A stretch of DNA of 34,885 nucleotides from Gammaproteobacteria bacterium (GTDB lineage Bacteria > Pseudomonadota > Gammaproteobacteria > Eutrophobiales > Eutrophobiaceae), in the NCBI GenBank assembly GCA_965222155.1, contig CBDCTH010000009.1, forward strand, positions 1-34,885, written 5' to 3'. The stretch's first letter is position 1; each line of letters starts with the position of its first letter. Below, piece after piece: positions 19,174 through 28,319 of the stretch. The position numbers and the translations under genes were made by a program. Below the pieces are notes generated by a model. The model was not told where the DNA came from, searched no databases, and saw nothing but the letters and a program-made list of their open reading frames with translations.

Positions 19174-19224
19174 AGTGTGTATTTTATGATCCATTATCCC
19201 CTTTATCACAAGAGGGGTACTGGC

Positions 19225-20349
19225 ATGCATATCACTTATAGGGTTGCGCTGACGGTGGCGGAACGGAGTTACTTGCAACAGGTCACGTCCCAGGGGAAGC
19301 AACGGGTGCGGGCCATCAAGCGGGCCCAGATTTTACTGCTGGCGGACGGACGGGGGATGACGGACCAGGCGATTACAGAGGCGTTGTCAGTGAGCACGTC
19401 GACGGTGTATCGGACGCAGCGGGAGTTTGTGGAGTATGGGTTGGAGGCGGCGTTGGCAGAGGGGGCTCGTCCGGGACAGCCGCGCAAGACGGATGCGTAT
19501 GAGGATGCGTTGCTGGTGTCGATTGCGTGCAGTGCGCCGCCGTCGGGTCGGTGCCGGTGGACACTGGCCTTGCTGGCTGAGCAGTGGATTGCCCTGACCG
19601 ATATGGAACAGGTATCGATGGAAACCATCCGGCAGCGATTGAAGGCGAATCAACTCAAGCCCTGGCAACGGAAGATGTGGTGCCTGGGTCAGATGGATGC
19701 GGCGTACATTGCGCAGCTGGAGCATAGTCTGGATGTGTATGCTGAAGTGCCGTCACCGGATGTGCCCTTGGTGAATTTTGACGAGGCGACAAAACAGTGG
19801 GTGGGGGAGGTGCATGCGGGCAAGCCGATGGCGCCCGGGCAGGTGAGCAAGACGGACTATGACTATGAGCGCAAGGGGGTTGTCAACATTTTTCTGTGCT
19901 TTGACCGTCATCGTGGCTGGCGTCATGCCAAGGTGACAGGCACCAAGAAAACCGCCGACTTTGCTGAGATAATGCGTGAATTAGTGGATGAGCATTATCC
20001 TGAGGCCGAACGCATACGGGTGGTACTGGACAATTACAGCACGCACCATCCCGCCGCCTTGTACCGGGCATTCCCGGCGCCGGCGGCGCGGCGGTTGCTG
20101 CGTAAACTGGCGTTTCATTATACGCCCAAGCACGCCAGTTGGCTGAATAGGGTGGAGATCGAAATCGGTAATATGAACCGGCAATGTCTGGACCGACGCA
20201 TTGCGACGCTGGACCTGTTAAAAACAGAACTGGCGGCTTGGGAGACGCGCCGAAATCAGGAGAAGGCCAGTATTACCTGGTTGTTTGATGTCGATAAAGC
20301 CAGGGTTAAACTGCACAGGGCCTATGACAGCTTAACCGGTCAGAATTAA
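19225..20349 (+). CDS. IS630 family DDE transposase
   Basis: RAQILLLAD HTH, RWTLALLA, LKPWQ, NFDE, YDYERKG, VVLDNYSTH and HYTPKHASWLNRVEIE in a single ORF. RBS AGAGGGG precedes ATG 19225. Confidence 0.95.
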   Translation: MHITYRVALTVAERSYLQQVTSQGKQRVRAIKRAQILLLADGRGMTDQAITEALSVSTSTVYRTQREFVEYGLEAALAEGARPGQPRKTDAYEDALLVSIACSAPPSGRCRWTLALLAEQWIALTDMEQVSMETIRQRLKANQLKPWQRKMWCLGQMDAAYIAQLEHSLDVYAEVPSPDVPLVNFDEATKQWVGEVHAGKPMAPGQVSKTDYDYERKGVVNIFLCFDRHRGWRHAKVTGTKKTADFAEIMRELVDEHYPEAERIRVVLDNYSTHHPAALYRAFPAPAARRLLRKLAFHYTPKHASWLNRVEIEIGNMNRQCLDRRIATLDLLKTELAAWETRRNQEKASITWLFDVDKARVKLHRAYDSLTGQN

Positions 20350-20361
20350 ATTGAAAGGGTA

Positions 20362-20608
20362 CTAGCCCGCATTTCTCACCAGTCCGCTTGATGCCATCGG
20401 ATACTTGTTTGCCGTCAATATGTTATGACACATTCAGCACTATCTCGCCATTACAGACTGCGCTTGATGCGCCCTCGCTTGTCTTTGTCCCGCCTGTGGG
20501 CACGTGCTCCCTCAACCGTAGCTACGGCTATGCTTTCAGTCGCAGGCACCCACAGGCGGGACAAATCCTGCGCGAGCATCGCATCAACTGGTGAGAAATG
20601 CGGGCTAG
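20362..20608. mobile_element. 247-bp MITE, copy 1 (CTAG flanks)
   Basis: CTAG-CCCGCATTTCTCACCAGT ... ACTGGTGAGAAATGCGGG-CTAG; a homologous copy of identical length is at 26307..26553. Confidence 0.88.
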
Positions 20609-21689
20609 TGTCTTCCGGGGTTTTCTTTCATCCTGCGCAAAATCAGACTCTTCGTTCTATAATTCAACGCTTGATGATCTGGTCAAGGATGAGTTGCTAG
20701 GGGAATGGTTTCCAGATTTCCAAGTGACATCTACTATTGACAAAAGAGGTGTGGAACGATTGCACGAAGCTCTTGACTTTGGAAAAGCACCAATACATTT
20801 ATTCCAACATCTTGTGTGGGGGCGTGTTCATAAATCTATAAGTGATGATGATTTGGCTGGTCTACTGAGGAAAATTCTCTTGAAAGAGGGAGGCGTCAAT
20901 GTTGCTTTGGACATACTCCAGATGCGGTTTTATGAGAAAGAAAAAGAATCATCGAAGTACTCTAATGATTTGATGGCGGTGGCGCGGGACGTGATGACGG
21001 CATTTTCCTTCGAGAAGGGACAGAATAACCATGATTATGAATTAGCCAGGGTTGTCAGCGTCTGCCTTGATGGAACAAAGGGTAGTCATGCAGCCACAAT
21101 AATATGCCAAAATCTTGCGAAGGCAATTTCCGAAAACCGTGTCTATTCCTTTGACTTTCCCCAGTTGCTCAACAAACTTGCAAAAATGCAGCCTACAATA
21201 TTTCTGGGTATGTTTTTAGGAGGAGATGATGTTAAGGACTATCAGCGCCGAAGGATGTTCAGCGATGATTTTGAACTACATGATAATCCGCTCAATCAAA
21301 TTTCAGACATTGACCTCCTATCCTGGTGCGAGAAAGATACATCTTCTCGCTATCCGTTAGTAGCATCAACGGTGAAGGCATTCAAACAATCAGATGAAAC
21401 AGGAAAATATGAATGGAAACCCTTTGTTTATACGATCTTTGATAAAGCGCCTGTTTTAGAAGATATCTTAAAATGTTTTGCCGATGTACTAAGGCCGACG
21501 TCATGGAGCGGTTCGCGAGCAGATATCCTTGAGAGGCGGGCTGTTTTGTACCAAGACCTCTATGAGCATGACAACGAAGATGTGGTAGCCTGGGCTAAAA
21601 GTCAGTATACAGAATTGCAGGAAGGAATAAGAAAAGAACGCGAATGGGAAAACCAACTGAACCGTGAGCGAAACGCAAGCTTTGAATAA
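20609..21689 (+). pseudogene. C-terminal part of a large hypothetical protein, 5'-truncated by the MITE
   Basis: About 360 open codons, lower GC. The only early ATG (20598) lies inside the MITE repeat. C-terminal motif LRPTSWSGSRADILERR. Confidence 0.65.
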
Positions 21690-21871
21690 TTGGACCGAAT
21701 AGGAATTTGCACACAAAATTTTGCTTGCTACGACTCAATTTCTTTCGCCAGAATGACGACAGCGCGGGGAAATATGGTTTGTGCTTTATTTTCCTATATC
21801 CGTCCCTGATTATGAATTCATTCATATCATCAAGAATATCTTTTACTGTGCGCGGTGTGGAATTGGAGCAG

Positions 21872-23077
21872 TTATTTAAAACAGATTTTTTCAATTACCG
21901 TTGATCCCACGCTGTCGCCCCAGACGTTTACGGTTGTTCTGAGCCGATCCAGAAACCAGTCCACGGCCAGTAACAGGCCGATACCTTCCATGGGCAGGCC
22001 CACCGCGGTCAGCACGATCACCATGGTTACCAGACCTGCCTCGGGGATGCCGGCCGCGCCTATCGCAGCCAGGGTGGCGGTAATGAAAATTACGACCTGG
22101 TCCATCGGCGCCATGTGAATACCGTAAGCCTGGGCTATAAACATCACGGCTACCGCCTCATACAGCGCGGTGCCGTCCATATTGACCGTGGATCCCAGGG
22201 GCAGGACGAACTTAACGGCCCGTTTATCCACATTGGCTTCCAAAGCGCATTCCATCGTCAGGGGCAGGGTAGCCGAGGAACTGGCGGTACCGAATGCCGT
22301 TATCAGGGCTTTGGACATCGTAGTTATGAATTGACGCCCGCGCCGGCTGACGACAACCAGGATGGTCAACAGGATCATAAAATGCAGGGTCAGCCCGATA
22401 ATCACTGTCATCATGTATTTACCCACGGCCGCTATTTCACGCCAGAAATGTTCTCCGCCTCCGGTATCGCCAAGTTTGGATGAAATCAGGGCAAAAATAC
22501 CGATAGGAGCGAAATACATGATCCAGACGACGATTTTTATCATTACATCGTTCAGTCCGTCGAAAAAGGCCAGCAGGGGTTTGCCCCGTTCCCCGACCGT
22601 TGTCAGGGCAGCGGCGAACAGGATGGAAAAGACGATCACTTCCAGCAGCTTGGTTTCAGCTGCCGCGGCAATGATATTGTCGCCTATCAGCGAGCGGATG
22701 ATCTCCACGAAGCCGGTCTCTTCCTTGCCGCTGACCCGGTCGGGAATAACCTGGCTCACTTCGGTCACGCCGGCGCCGGGCTGGATAATATTGACGATAA
22801 TCAGCCCCACCATGACGGCGATAGCGGTAGTACAGAAATAGTACAGCACAGTGAACCCGCCCAGCCGTTGCAGTCCGCCTGAAGTGCCGCCAAGCGAAGC
22901 GATACCGCTGATCACGGCGGCAACGATGAGCGGGATAATGGTCATTTTCAACGCGTCCAGGAATAATTCTCCCACCCATTCTATGGCGGTCATCGAGTGA
23001 CCGAAGAACCAGCCGCAGAATATGCCGGCAACGGCGGCGCCAAGCAGCGCCCATAACAACCAGTTGTTTTTGTGCAT
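21872..23077 (-). CDS. Dicarboxylate/amino acid:cation symporter (DAACS, GltP-like)
   Basis: AFGTASSSATLP, LPLGSTVNMDGTALYE, AAIGAAGIPEAG and DWFLDRLRTTVNVWGD. Confidence 0.95.
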   Translation of the reverse strand: MHKNNWLLWALLGAAVAGIFCGWFFGHSMTAIEWVGELFLDALKMTIIPLIVAAVISGIASLGGTSGGLQRLGGFTVLYYFCTTAIAVMVGLIIVNIIQPGAGVTEVSQVIPDRVSGKEETGFVEIIRSLIGDNIIAAAAETKLLEVIVFSILFAAALTTVGERGKPLLAFFDGLNDVMIKIVVWIMYFAPIGIFALISSKLGDTGGGEHFWREIAAVGKYMMTVIIGLTLHFMILLTILVVVSRRGRQFITTMSKALITAFGTASSSATLPLTMECALEANVDKRAVKFVLPLGSTVNMDGTALYEAVAVMFIAQAYGIHMAPMDQVVIFITATLAAIGAAGIPEAGLVTMVIVLTAVGLPMEGIGLLLAVDWFLDRLRTTVNVWGDSVGSTVIEKICFK

Positions 23078-23144
23078 GGTCGATGAATCCTTGATGCTCG
23101 GTTTATGGAAGAATAATCTGTGACCGAAAGGGAGCAGTCAGGAA

Positions 23145-23930
23145 CTACTCCTGCCCCTCGCTGCCCGTTGCATTGTAACCGCAATCGACGTAAGTAATCT
23201 CTCCGGTTACGGCGGATGCGTAATCGGAACACAGGAACGCAGCCACGTTGCCGACTTCCTCGATAGTAACGTTTCTGCGCAGGGGTGAGACCTGTTCGAC
23301 GTGGTTGAGGAACCCCCTGAGTCCCTTGATGCCCGATGCAGCCAGGGTGCGGATAGGCCCGGCCGAGATGGCATTGACGCGGATACCCTCCGGCCCGAGA
23401 CTGGCAGCCATATAACGCACGTTGGCCTCAAGACTGGCCTTGGCAATCCCCATTACGTTGTAATTCGGCATGGCCCTGATCGAGCCGATATAGGTGAGGG
23501 TCAGCATGGCGGCATCCCGGCCTTGCATCATCGGACGGGCCGCTTTACCCAGCGCGGCAAAACTATAGGCGCTGATATCGTGGGCTGTAAGAAAACCTTC
23601 CCGGGAGACACTGCTCAGGTAATCACCCTCAAGCAGTTCCCGGTCCGCGTAAGCGACGGAATGAACGAGAATATCCAGGTGCGGCCAATGTTCACCGAGG
23701 CGGGTAAATACGTCCTGGATTGCCTCATCCTCGCCTACGTCGCAGGGCAGTGTAATATCTGATCCCGTTTGCGCGGCGAACTTCTCAACCCGTCCCTGCA
23801 ATTTTTCATTCTGGTAGGTAAACGCAAGTTCCGCACCTTCCCGATGCATCGCTTTTGCTATCCCCCAGGCAATCGAACGATTGCTTGCCACCCCCACAAT
23901 CAAGGCACGTTTGCCCGTCAACAGACCCAT
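23145..23930 (-). CDS. fabI: Enoyl-ACP reductase FabI
   Basis: [40 protein letters not shown] and [24 protein letters not shown] precedes ATG 23930. Confidence 0.96.
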   Translation of the reverse strand: MGLLTGKRALIVGVASNRSIAWGIAKAMHREGAELAFTYQNEKLQGRVEKFAAQTGSDITLPCDVGEDEAIQDVFTRLGEHWPHLDILVHSVAYADRELLEGDYLSSVSREGFLTAHDISAYSFAALGKAARPMMQGRDAAMLTLTYIGSIRAMPNYNVMGIAKASLEANVRYMAASLGPEGIRVNAISAGPIRTLAASGIKGLRGFLNHVEQVSPLRRNVTIEEVGNVAAFLCSDYASAVTGEITYVDCGYNATGSEGQE

Positions 23931-24020
23931 GGTTTCCTCCTGTTTATCCTGATACACATGGAATCATTTTGCCATGCATGAGCGTTTTTGTACATCCACA
24001 GATATTTATCCACAGATATT

Positions 24021-24447
24021 TATCCGCAGATGACGCAGATTAACGCAGATTAAAAACGAGTCTTTTATATTGAAGTTGCCTGGCGCCGAAATTAATCAAT
24101 AAACCCCGGTTTAATCCGGAGGCTTTAAGGTAGTTGATTAGTTGGGACTCTTCATGGTTTGATAATCTTTGGAGAGCTTTTATTTCAACTATCACTGAAT
24201 CGTAACAAATGAAATCCGGCAGATAAAAAGTCTTCAATTTATGCTTCTTATAGTAAACAGAAAGTTTTTTCTCCTTCGAAAATGGAATGTCCTGCAAATT
24301 GAATTCCTGTTCCAGTGCTTCATGATAAATTGCCTCAAGAAAACCATGTCCGAGTTCACTATGTACAGCCATTGCCGCCCCAAGAATTTTATAAGTCTCC
24401 TGATCTTTTATATTTTTATCTGCGGTAATCTGCGTCATCTGCGGATA
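24021..24447. mobile_element. GxxExxY gene unit bounded by 30-bp inverted repeats
   Basis: TATCCGCAGATGACGCAGATTAACGCAGAT (24021..24050) vs ATCTGCGGTAATCTGCGTCATCTGCGGATA (24418..24447), 29/30. Additional tandem ATCCACAGATATTT units at 23994..24021. Confidence 0.7.
24040..24438 (-). CDS. GxxExxY protein (PD-(D/E)XK nuclease superfamily)
   Basis: VHSELGHGFLEAIYHEAL, PDFICYDSVIVEIKA, QLINYLKAS and GLLINFG. Confidence 0.93.
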   Translation of the reverse strand: MTQITADKNIKDQETYKILGAAMAVHSELGHGFLEAIYHEALEQEFNLQDIPFSKEKKLSVYYKKHKLKTFYLPDFICYDSVIVEIKALQRLSNHEESQLINYLKASGLNRGLLINFGARQLQYKRLVFNLR

Positions 24448-24464
24448 TATTTATTCTGCGGATT

Positions 24465-25304
24465 TTACCTCTCGCTCAGGGCATCGCGCAGGCCGTCGCC
24501 CAGGAAGTTGAGCGAGAACAGCGTCAGTGACAATATCAGCGCAGGGAAGATCAACAACCAGGGATATTCCTCCATGGTCTCCACCCCGTATGAAATAAGC
24601 AGGCCCCAGGAGCTTTGCGGCGGCTGGATACCCAGGCCCAGGAAGCTCAGGAAGGATTCCAGCAGGATCACATTGGGCACGGTCAGGGTGGTGTAAACGA
24701 TCACCGGGCCCAACACGTTCGGTAAGACATGTTTAGCGATGATTTGAAAACGGGTCAGGCCCAGACTGACCGCCGCTTCCACAAATCCCTGCTGCTTGAC
24801 GTGCAGCACCTGGCCGCGCACGATGCGCGCCATGGTCAGCCATTCCACCGCACCGATAGCCAGGAATAACAGGATGATATTATTACCGAATACGACCATC
24901 AGCAGGATGATAAAGATGGTGAACGGCAGGGCGTACAGGACATCGACGATACGCATCATCAGGACATCGATGCGCCCTCCCAGGTAACCGGCCACAGCGC
25001 CCCAGGACACGCCAATGATCAACGCGACGAAAGAGGCGATAAAACCCACCGCGAGCGAGATGCGGCTGCCGTAGAGTATCCTCGTCAACAGGTCGCGGCC
25101 GAACAGGTCGCTACCCAGCCAGTGCGCCGGCGACGGCGAACTAGGTCCCAGTTCCAGGTTCTGTTCCGAATAGGAATAAGGGGTAATCCAGGGCCCCAGG
25201 ATGGAGAGAACGATGAGTATCCCCAGGACAACCAGGCCGAACATGGCCGCTTTGTTCTTTTTCAGTCTTCTCCAGGCATCCTGGCGTGGCGATGTGCTAA
25301 CCAT
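24465..25304 (-). CDS. oppC: Oligopeptide ABC transporter permease OppC
   Basis: DAWRRLKKNKAA, HWLGSDLFGRDLL, EAA loop FVEAAVSLG and ESFLSFLGLG. Confidence 0.9.
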   Translation of the reverse strand: MVSTSPRQDAWRRLKKNKAAMFGLVVLGILIVLSILGPWITPYSYSEQNLELGPSSPSPAHWLGSDLFGRDLLTRILYGSRISLAVGFIASFVALIIGVSWGAVAGYLGGRIDVLMMRIVDVLYALPFTIFIILLMVVFGNNIILLFLAIGAVEWLTMARIVRGQVLHVKQQGFVEAAVSLGLTRFQIIAKHVLPNVLGPVIVYTTLTVPNVILLESFLSFLGLGIQPPQSSWGLLISYGVETMEEYPWLLIFPALILSLTLFSLNFLGDGLRDALSER

Positions 25305-26229
25305 TGATGGTTTCCTGTCTTACTTTGGGATCAAGCCAGGCCAGCATCACGTCGGCGAGCAGGTTGAACAGGATGATCATGGAGGCAAATAACAGGGTCA
25401 CGCCCAGGATCAAGGTGTAGTCCCGGTTAAATGCGCCCTGGACGAAATACCGGCCCAGACCAGGCACCTGGAATATGGTTTCAACGACAAAAGAACCACT
25501 GAGCAAACCCGCCAGCGCCGGACCCAGGAAAGACACCACCGGCAATAACCCTACCCGCATCGCATGACGGAATATGATGATCGATTCGGGCATACCCTTG
25601 GCCCGGGCGGTGCGGATGAAATCTCTGGACAAGGTCTCAAGCATGCCTCCCCGGCTCAGCCGGGCGATATAGGCGGCATAGACCGAACCCAGGGTAACGG
25701 ATGGCAGGATCTTGTCTCCCGGGATCAATTCCCAGCCGGCAACAGGGAGCCACTCCAGCCAGATGCCGAAGACCAGGACCAGTAACGGGCCCAGCACGTA
25801 CGCGGGCAGGCAAATGCCGATGGTGGCAAACGTCATTGGGACGTAGTCCTGCCATGTGTTCGGTCCTAAGGACGCGCAGACCCCGCTGCCGATGCCGATA
25901 AGGAGGGCGAACAGCAGGGCGTAACAACCCAGTTCCAGCGTGATGGGGAAACCGGCGGCGATGATCTCGTTGACCGATCTGCCGGGGTATTTGAAGGAGG
26001 GTCCCAGGTCTCCCTGAAGGGCGTGACTGATGTAGTCATAGAACTGCACATGGATCGGTTGATCCAGCTTGTACCGTTCGTTCAGGTGCTTGAGTACTTC
26101 CGGCGGTACCGCCTTCTCCTCGGCAAACGGCCCACCGGGTGCCGCATGGATCAGCAGGAAGGTGATGACGGTAACCGCCAGCAGTACCGGGACGGCCTGG
26201 AGTAAGCGTTTGAGAATGAACTTGAGCAT
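25297..26229 (-). CDS. oppB: Oligopeptide ABC transporter permease OppB
   Basis: MLKFILKRLLQA, APGGPF, GDLGPSFKY, DFIRTARAKG and VETIFQVPGLG. The true start is 26229; the longer ORF runs through repeats. Confidence 0.9.
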   Translation of the reverse strand: MLKFILKRLLQAVPVLLAVTVITFLLIHAAPGGPFAEEKAVPPEVLKHLNERYKLDQPIHVQFYDYISHALQGDLGPSFKYPGRSVNEIIAAGFPITLELGCYALLFALLIGIGSGVCASLGPNTWQDYVPMTFATIGICLPAYVLGPLLVLVFGIWLEWLPVAGWELIPGDKILPSVTLGSVYAAYIARLSRGGMLETLSRDFIRTARAKGMPESIIIFRHAMRVGLLPVVSFLGPALAGLLSGSFVVETIFQVPGLGRYFVQGAFNRDYTLILGVTLLFASMIILFNLLADVMLAWLDPKVRQETING

Positions 26230-26239
26230 ATTAGATATA

Positions 26240-26687
26240 TATCCGCAGATGACGCACCCCTGCTTAAAGCATACAGGGGCATGGATTAACGCAGATGAAA
26301 AAGATATTAACCCGCATTTCTCACCAGTTCGCTTGTGGTCATCGGATAGTTGTTTGCTGTCAATACGATATGATAATCTGCTCACTATATCAACATAACA
26401 GACTGCGCTTGATGCGCCCTCGCTTGTCTTTTTGCTGCCAGCGGGTACGTGTTCCCTCAACCGTAGCTACGGCTATGCTTTCGGTCGCAGGTACCCGCTG
26501 GCGGCAAAAATCCGGCGCGATCATCGCATCAACTGGTGAGAAATAGGGGTTAAAACTTTAATCCATGTAATTAAACAGAACATCACGAAACTCAAGGACT
26601 GTTTAGAGTAAACAGAAATAACTGAATAACATCTGCGTTAATCCATGCCCCTGTATGCTTTAAGCAGGGGTGCGTCATCTGCGGATA
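26240..26687. repeat. Gene-less element with 58-bp perfect inverted repeats related to the GxxExxY-flanking repeats; contains nested MITE
   Basis: 26240..26297 and 26630..26687 are exact reverse complements. Each is the GxxExxY repeat with 27 extra bases (CCCCTGCTTAAAGCATACAGGGGCATG). Confidence 0.88.
26307..26553. mobile_element. 247-bp MITE, copy 2 (TTAA flanks)
   Basis: TTAA-CCCGCATTTCTCACCAGTT ... AACTGGTGAGAAATAGGGG-TTAA; internal homology to 20362..20608. Confidence 0.88.
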
Positions 26688-28317
26688 GATCATCTGTGGA
26701 TGGTATGAGGGAAATATACTTGTACGGATGGATATCCAGGATATTCGGATGCCAGCCGCGCACGTCCGGTGAGACCAGTGACTTATTGACATAGGTGTAT
26801 ATGGGTATGATGGGCAGTTCGGTCATTAACAAGGCCTCGGCTTCCTGAAACAGGGCGAAGCGGCTTTCCTGGTCCGTAGTCTGCGCGGCTTGCGCTATCA
26901 GTTCATCGTAACGCCGGTTTGACCAGCCCGTGTCATTATTCCCGCCGGATGAGGTATACATATCCAGAAAAGTGTTGGGGTCCAGGTAATCACCAATCCA
27001 GCCGGCCCGTGCTACCTGGTAGTCTTTCGCATCGCGTTTATCGAGGTATACCTTCCAATCCTGGTTCGTCAGCGTAACGTTGATGTTCAGGTTGGTTTTC
27101 CACATCTGTTGGATGGCTATGGCGATGCGGCGGTGACCCTCCGAGGTGTTGTACATCAATTCAATGGGAGGAAAACCTGCGCCGCCGGGATAACCGGCCT
27201 CTGCGAGCAGAGCCCTTGCCCGTTCCACATCATATTCTACGCGCGCGGTTGCCGTGTAGTCGTTGGTATCAGGCGGGGTGAAACTGTAGGCCGGGAGTTC
27301 CCCCGCCTTGGTGATCTTATCGACGATCTGTTGCCGGTCAATGGACATGGCCAGGGCCTGACGCACTTCTTGCTGGTCCAACGGTGGGGCAAGAGTATTG
27401 AAGAGATAGTAGTAGGTGGAGAAAAAAGGCGTGATTTTCAGGGTCTCCGGTCTTTCCTTACGGTAATACGCTACCTTGTCGACTGGCGTGCTGCCGGTAA
27501 GGTGCAACTGACCGGCGCGGAACATGCGTTCCTCCGTGGTGACATTCTGTATCGGATAGAAGACGATCTGCTGCAACTTCACCGCGTCGGCATCCCAGTA
27601 ATAGTCGTTTTTTTCTACGACGATACTCCTGTTCAATACCCATTCCTTCAGTTTGAACGGGCCGTTGCCGACATAATTGCCCGGACGCGTCCATCTTGTC
27701 CCGCGCTCATCTATAGCGCCGAACGCTTCAATAGTTGCGCGATGAACGGGAAAATAACTCTGGTGCGCCAGTAACTGGAGAAAAAAAGGAGTCGGGTTCT
27801 CCAGTTCGACCGTCAGGGTCAGATCGTCCGGCGCCTTGACGCCTACTTCGGAAAAGTCCGTGATCTCTCCCTGGTGAAACCGCGCTGCATTCTTCAGGTA
27901 ATACAGCATGTAGGCATAGTTGTTCCCCAGGGCGGGAGACAGCGCCCGGCGCCATGAATAGACAAAATCAGCGGCTGTTACCGCATCGCCGTTGGACCAT
28001 TTTGCGTCTTCCCGCAGCCGGAACAGGTAGGTTTTGCCGTCCGCGCTCCGTTCCCAGGATGCGGCGACGCCAGGAATCAGACGCTGTCCTTCGGGATGCC
28101 AGCCGACCAGTCCTTCAAGCAGGGCCAGGCACAGGTTGGCCTCGATACTGCCTGTGACGACATGCGGGTCAAGTTCCCGGGGTTCATCACCATTGCCGAT
28201 ATGCAGTATCCCCTGGCGCGTTCCGTTCTCGACATTGGTTTCGTAGTCGAAGCCGCATGAGGCGGGGAGCAACAGTGCGGCCAACAGGATGATTGTCTGT
28301 TGGGCTTGGTATGGCAA
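26638..28317 (-). CDS. oppA: Oligopeptide ABC transporter substrate-binding lipoprotein OppA
   Basis: Lipobox LPAS-C, EPRELDPH, PGVAASWERSADGKTYLFRLREDAKWSNG, GNGPFKLKEW and RAGWIGDYLDPNTFL. Confidence 0.92.
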   Translation of the reverse strand: MPYQAQQTIILLAALLLPASCGFDYETNVENGTRQGILHIGNGDEPRELDPHVVTGSIEANLCLALLEGLVGWHPEGQRLIPGVAASWERSADGKTYLFRLREDAKWSNGDAVTAADFVYSWRRALSPALGNNYAYMLYYLKNAARFHQGEITDFSEVGVKAPDDLTLTVELENPTPFFLQLLAHQSYFPVHRATIEAFGAIDERGTRWTRPGNYVGNGPFKLKEWVLNRSIVVEKNDYYWDADAVKLQQIVFYPIQNVTTEERMFRAGQLHLTGSTPVDKVAYYRKERPETLKITPFFSTYYYLFNTLAPPLDQQEVRQALAMSIDRQQIVDKITKAGELPAYSFTPPDTNDYTATARVEYDVERARALLAEAGYPGGAGFPPIELMYNTSEGHRRIAIAIQQMWKTNLNINVTLTNQDWKVYLDKRDAKDYQVARAGWIGDYLDPNTFLDMYTSSGGNNDTGWSNRRYDELIAQAAQTTDQESRFALFQEAEALLMTELPIIPIYTYVNKSLVSPDVRGWHPNILDIHPYKYISLIPSTDDLSADDAPLLKAYRGMD

Positions 28318-28319
28318 TA

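Larger units (their letters stand above)
18867..20364 (+). mobile_element. IS630-family insertion sequence (~1.5 kb) with passenger HTH gene
   Basis: Terminal inverted repeats TAGTACTGTTTCAATTTAATTCTGA (18867..18891) and TCAGAATTAAATTGAAAGGGTACTA (20340..20364), 23/25 match. Both ends lie in CTAG (TA target). Confidence 0.9.

Noticed and set aside
19051-19224. N-terminal extension of the IS630 transposase ORF
   Set aside because: It overlaps the opposite-strand HTH gene; the RBS and family length favour ATG 19225.
23994-24050. CRISPR-like short repeats
   Set aside because: Units are 9-14 bp, tandem, and lack unique spacers; no cas genes in the window.
26230-26460. N-terminal extension of oppB
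   Set aside because: It is read-through of the MITE and inverted repeat; the OppB motif begins at 26229.
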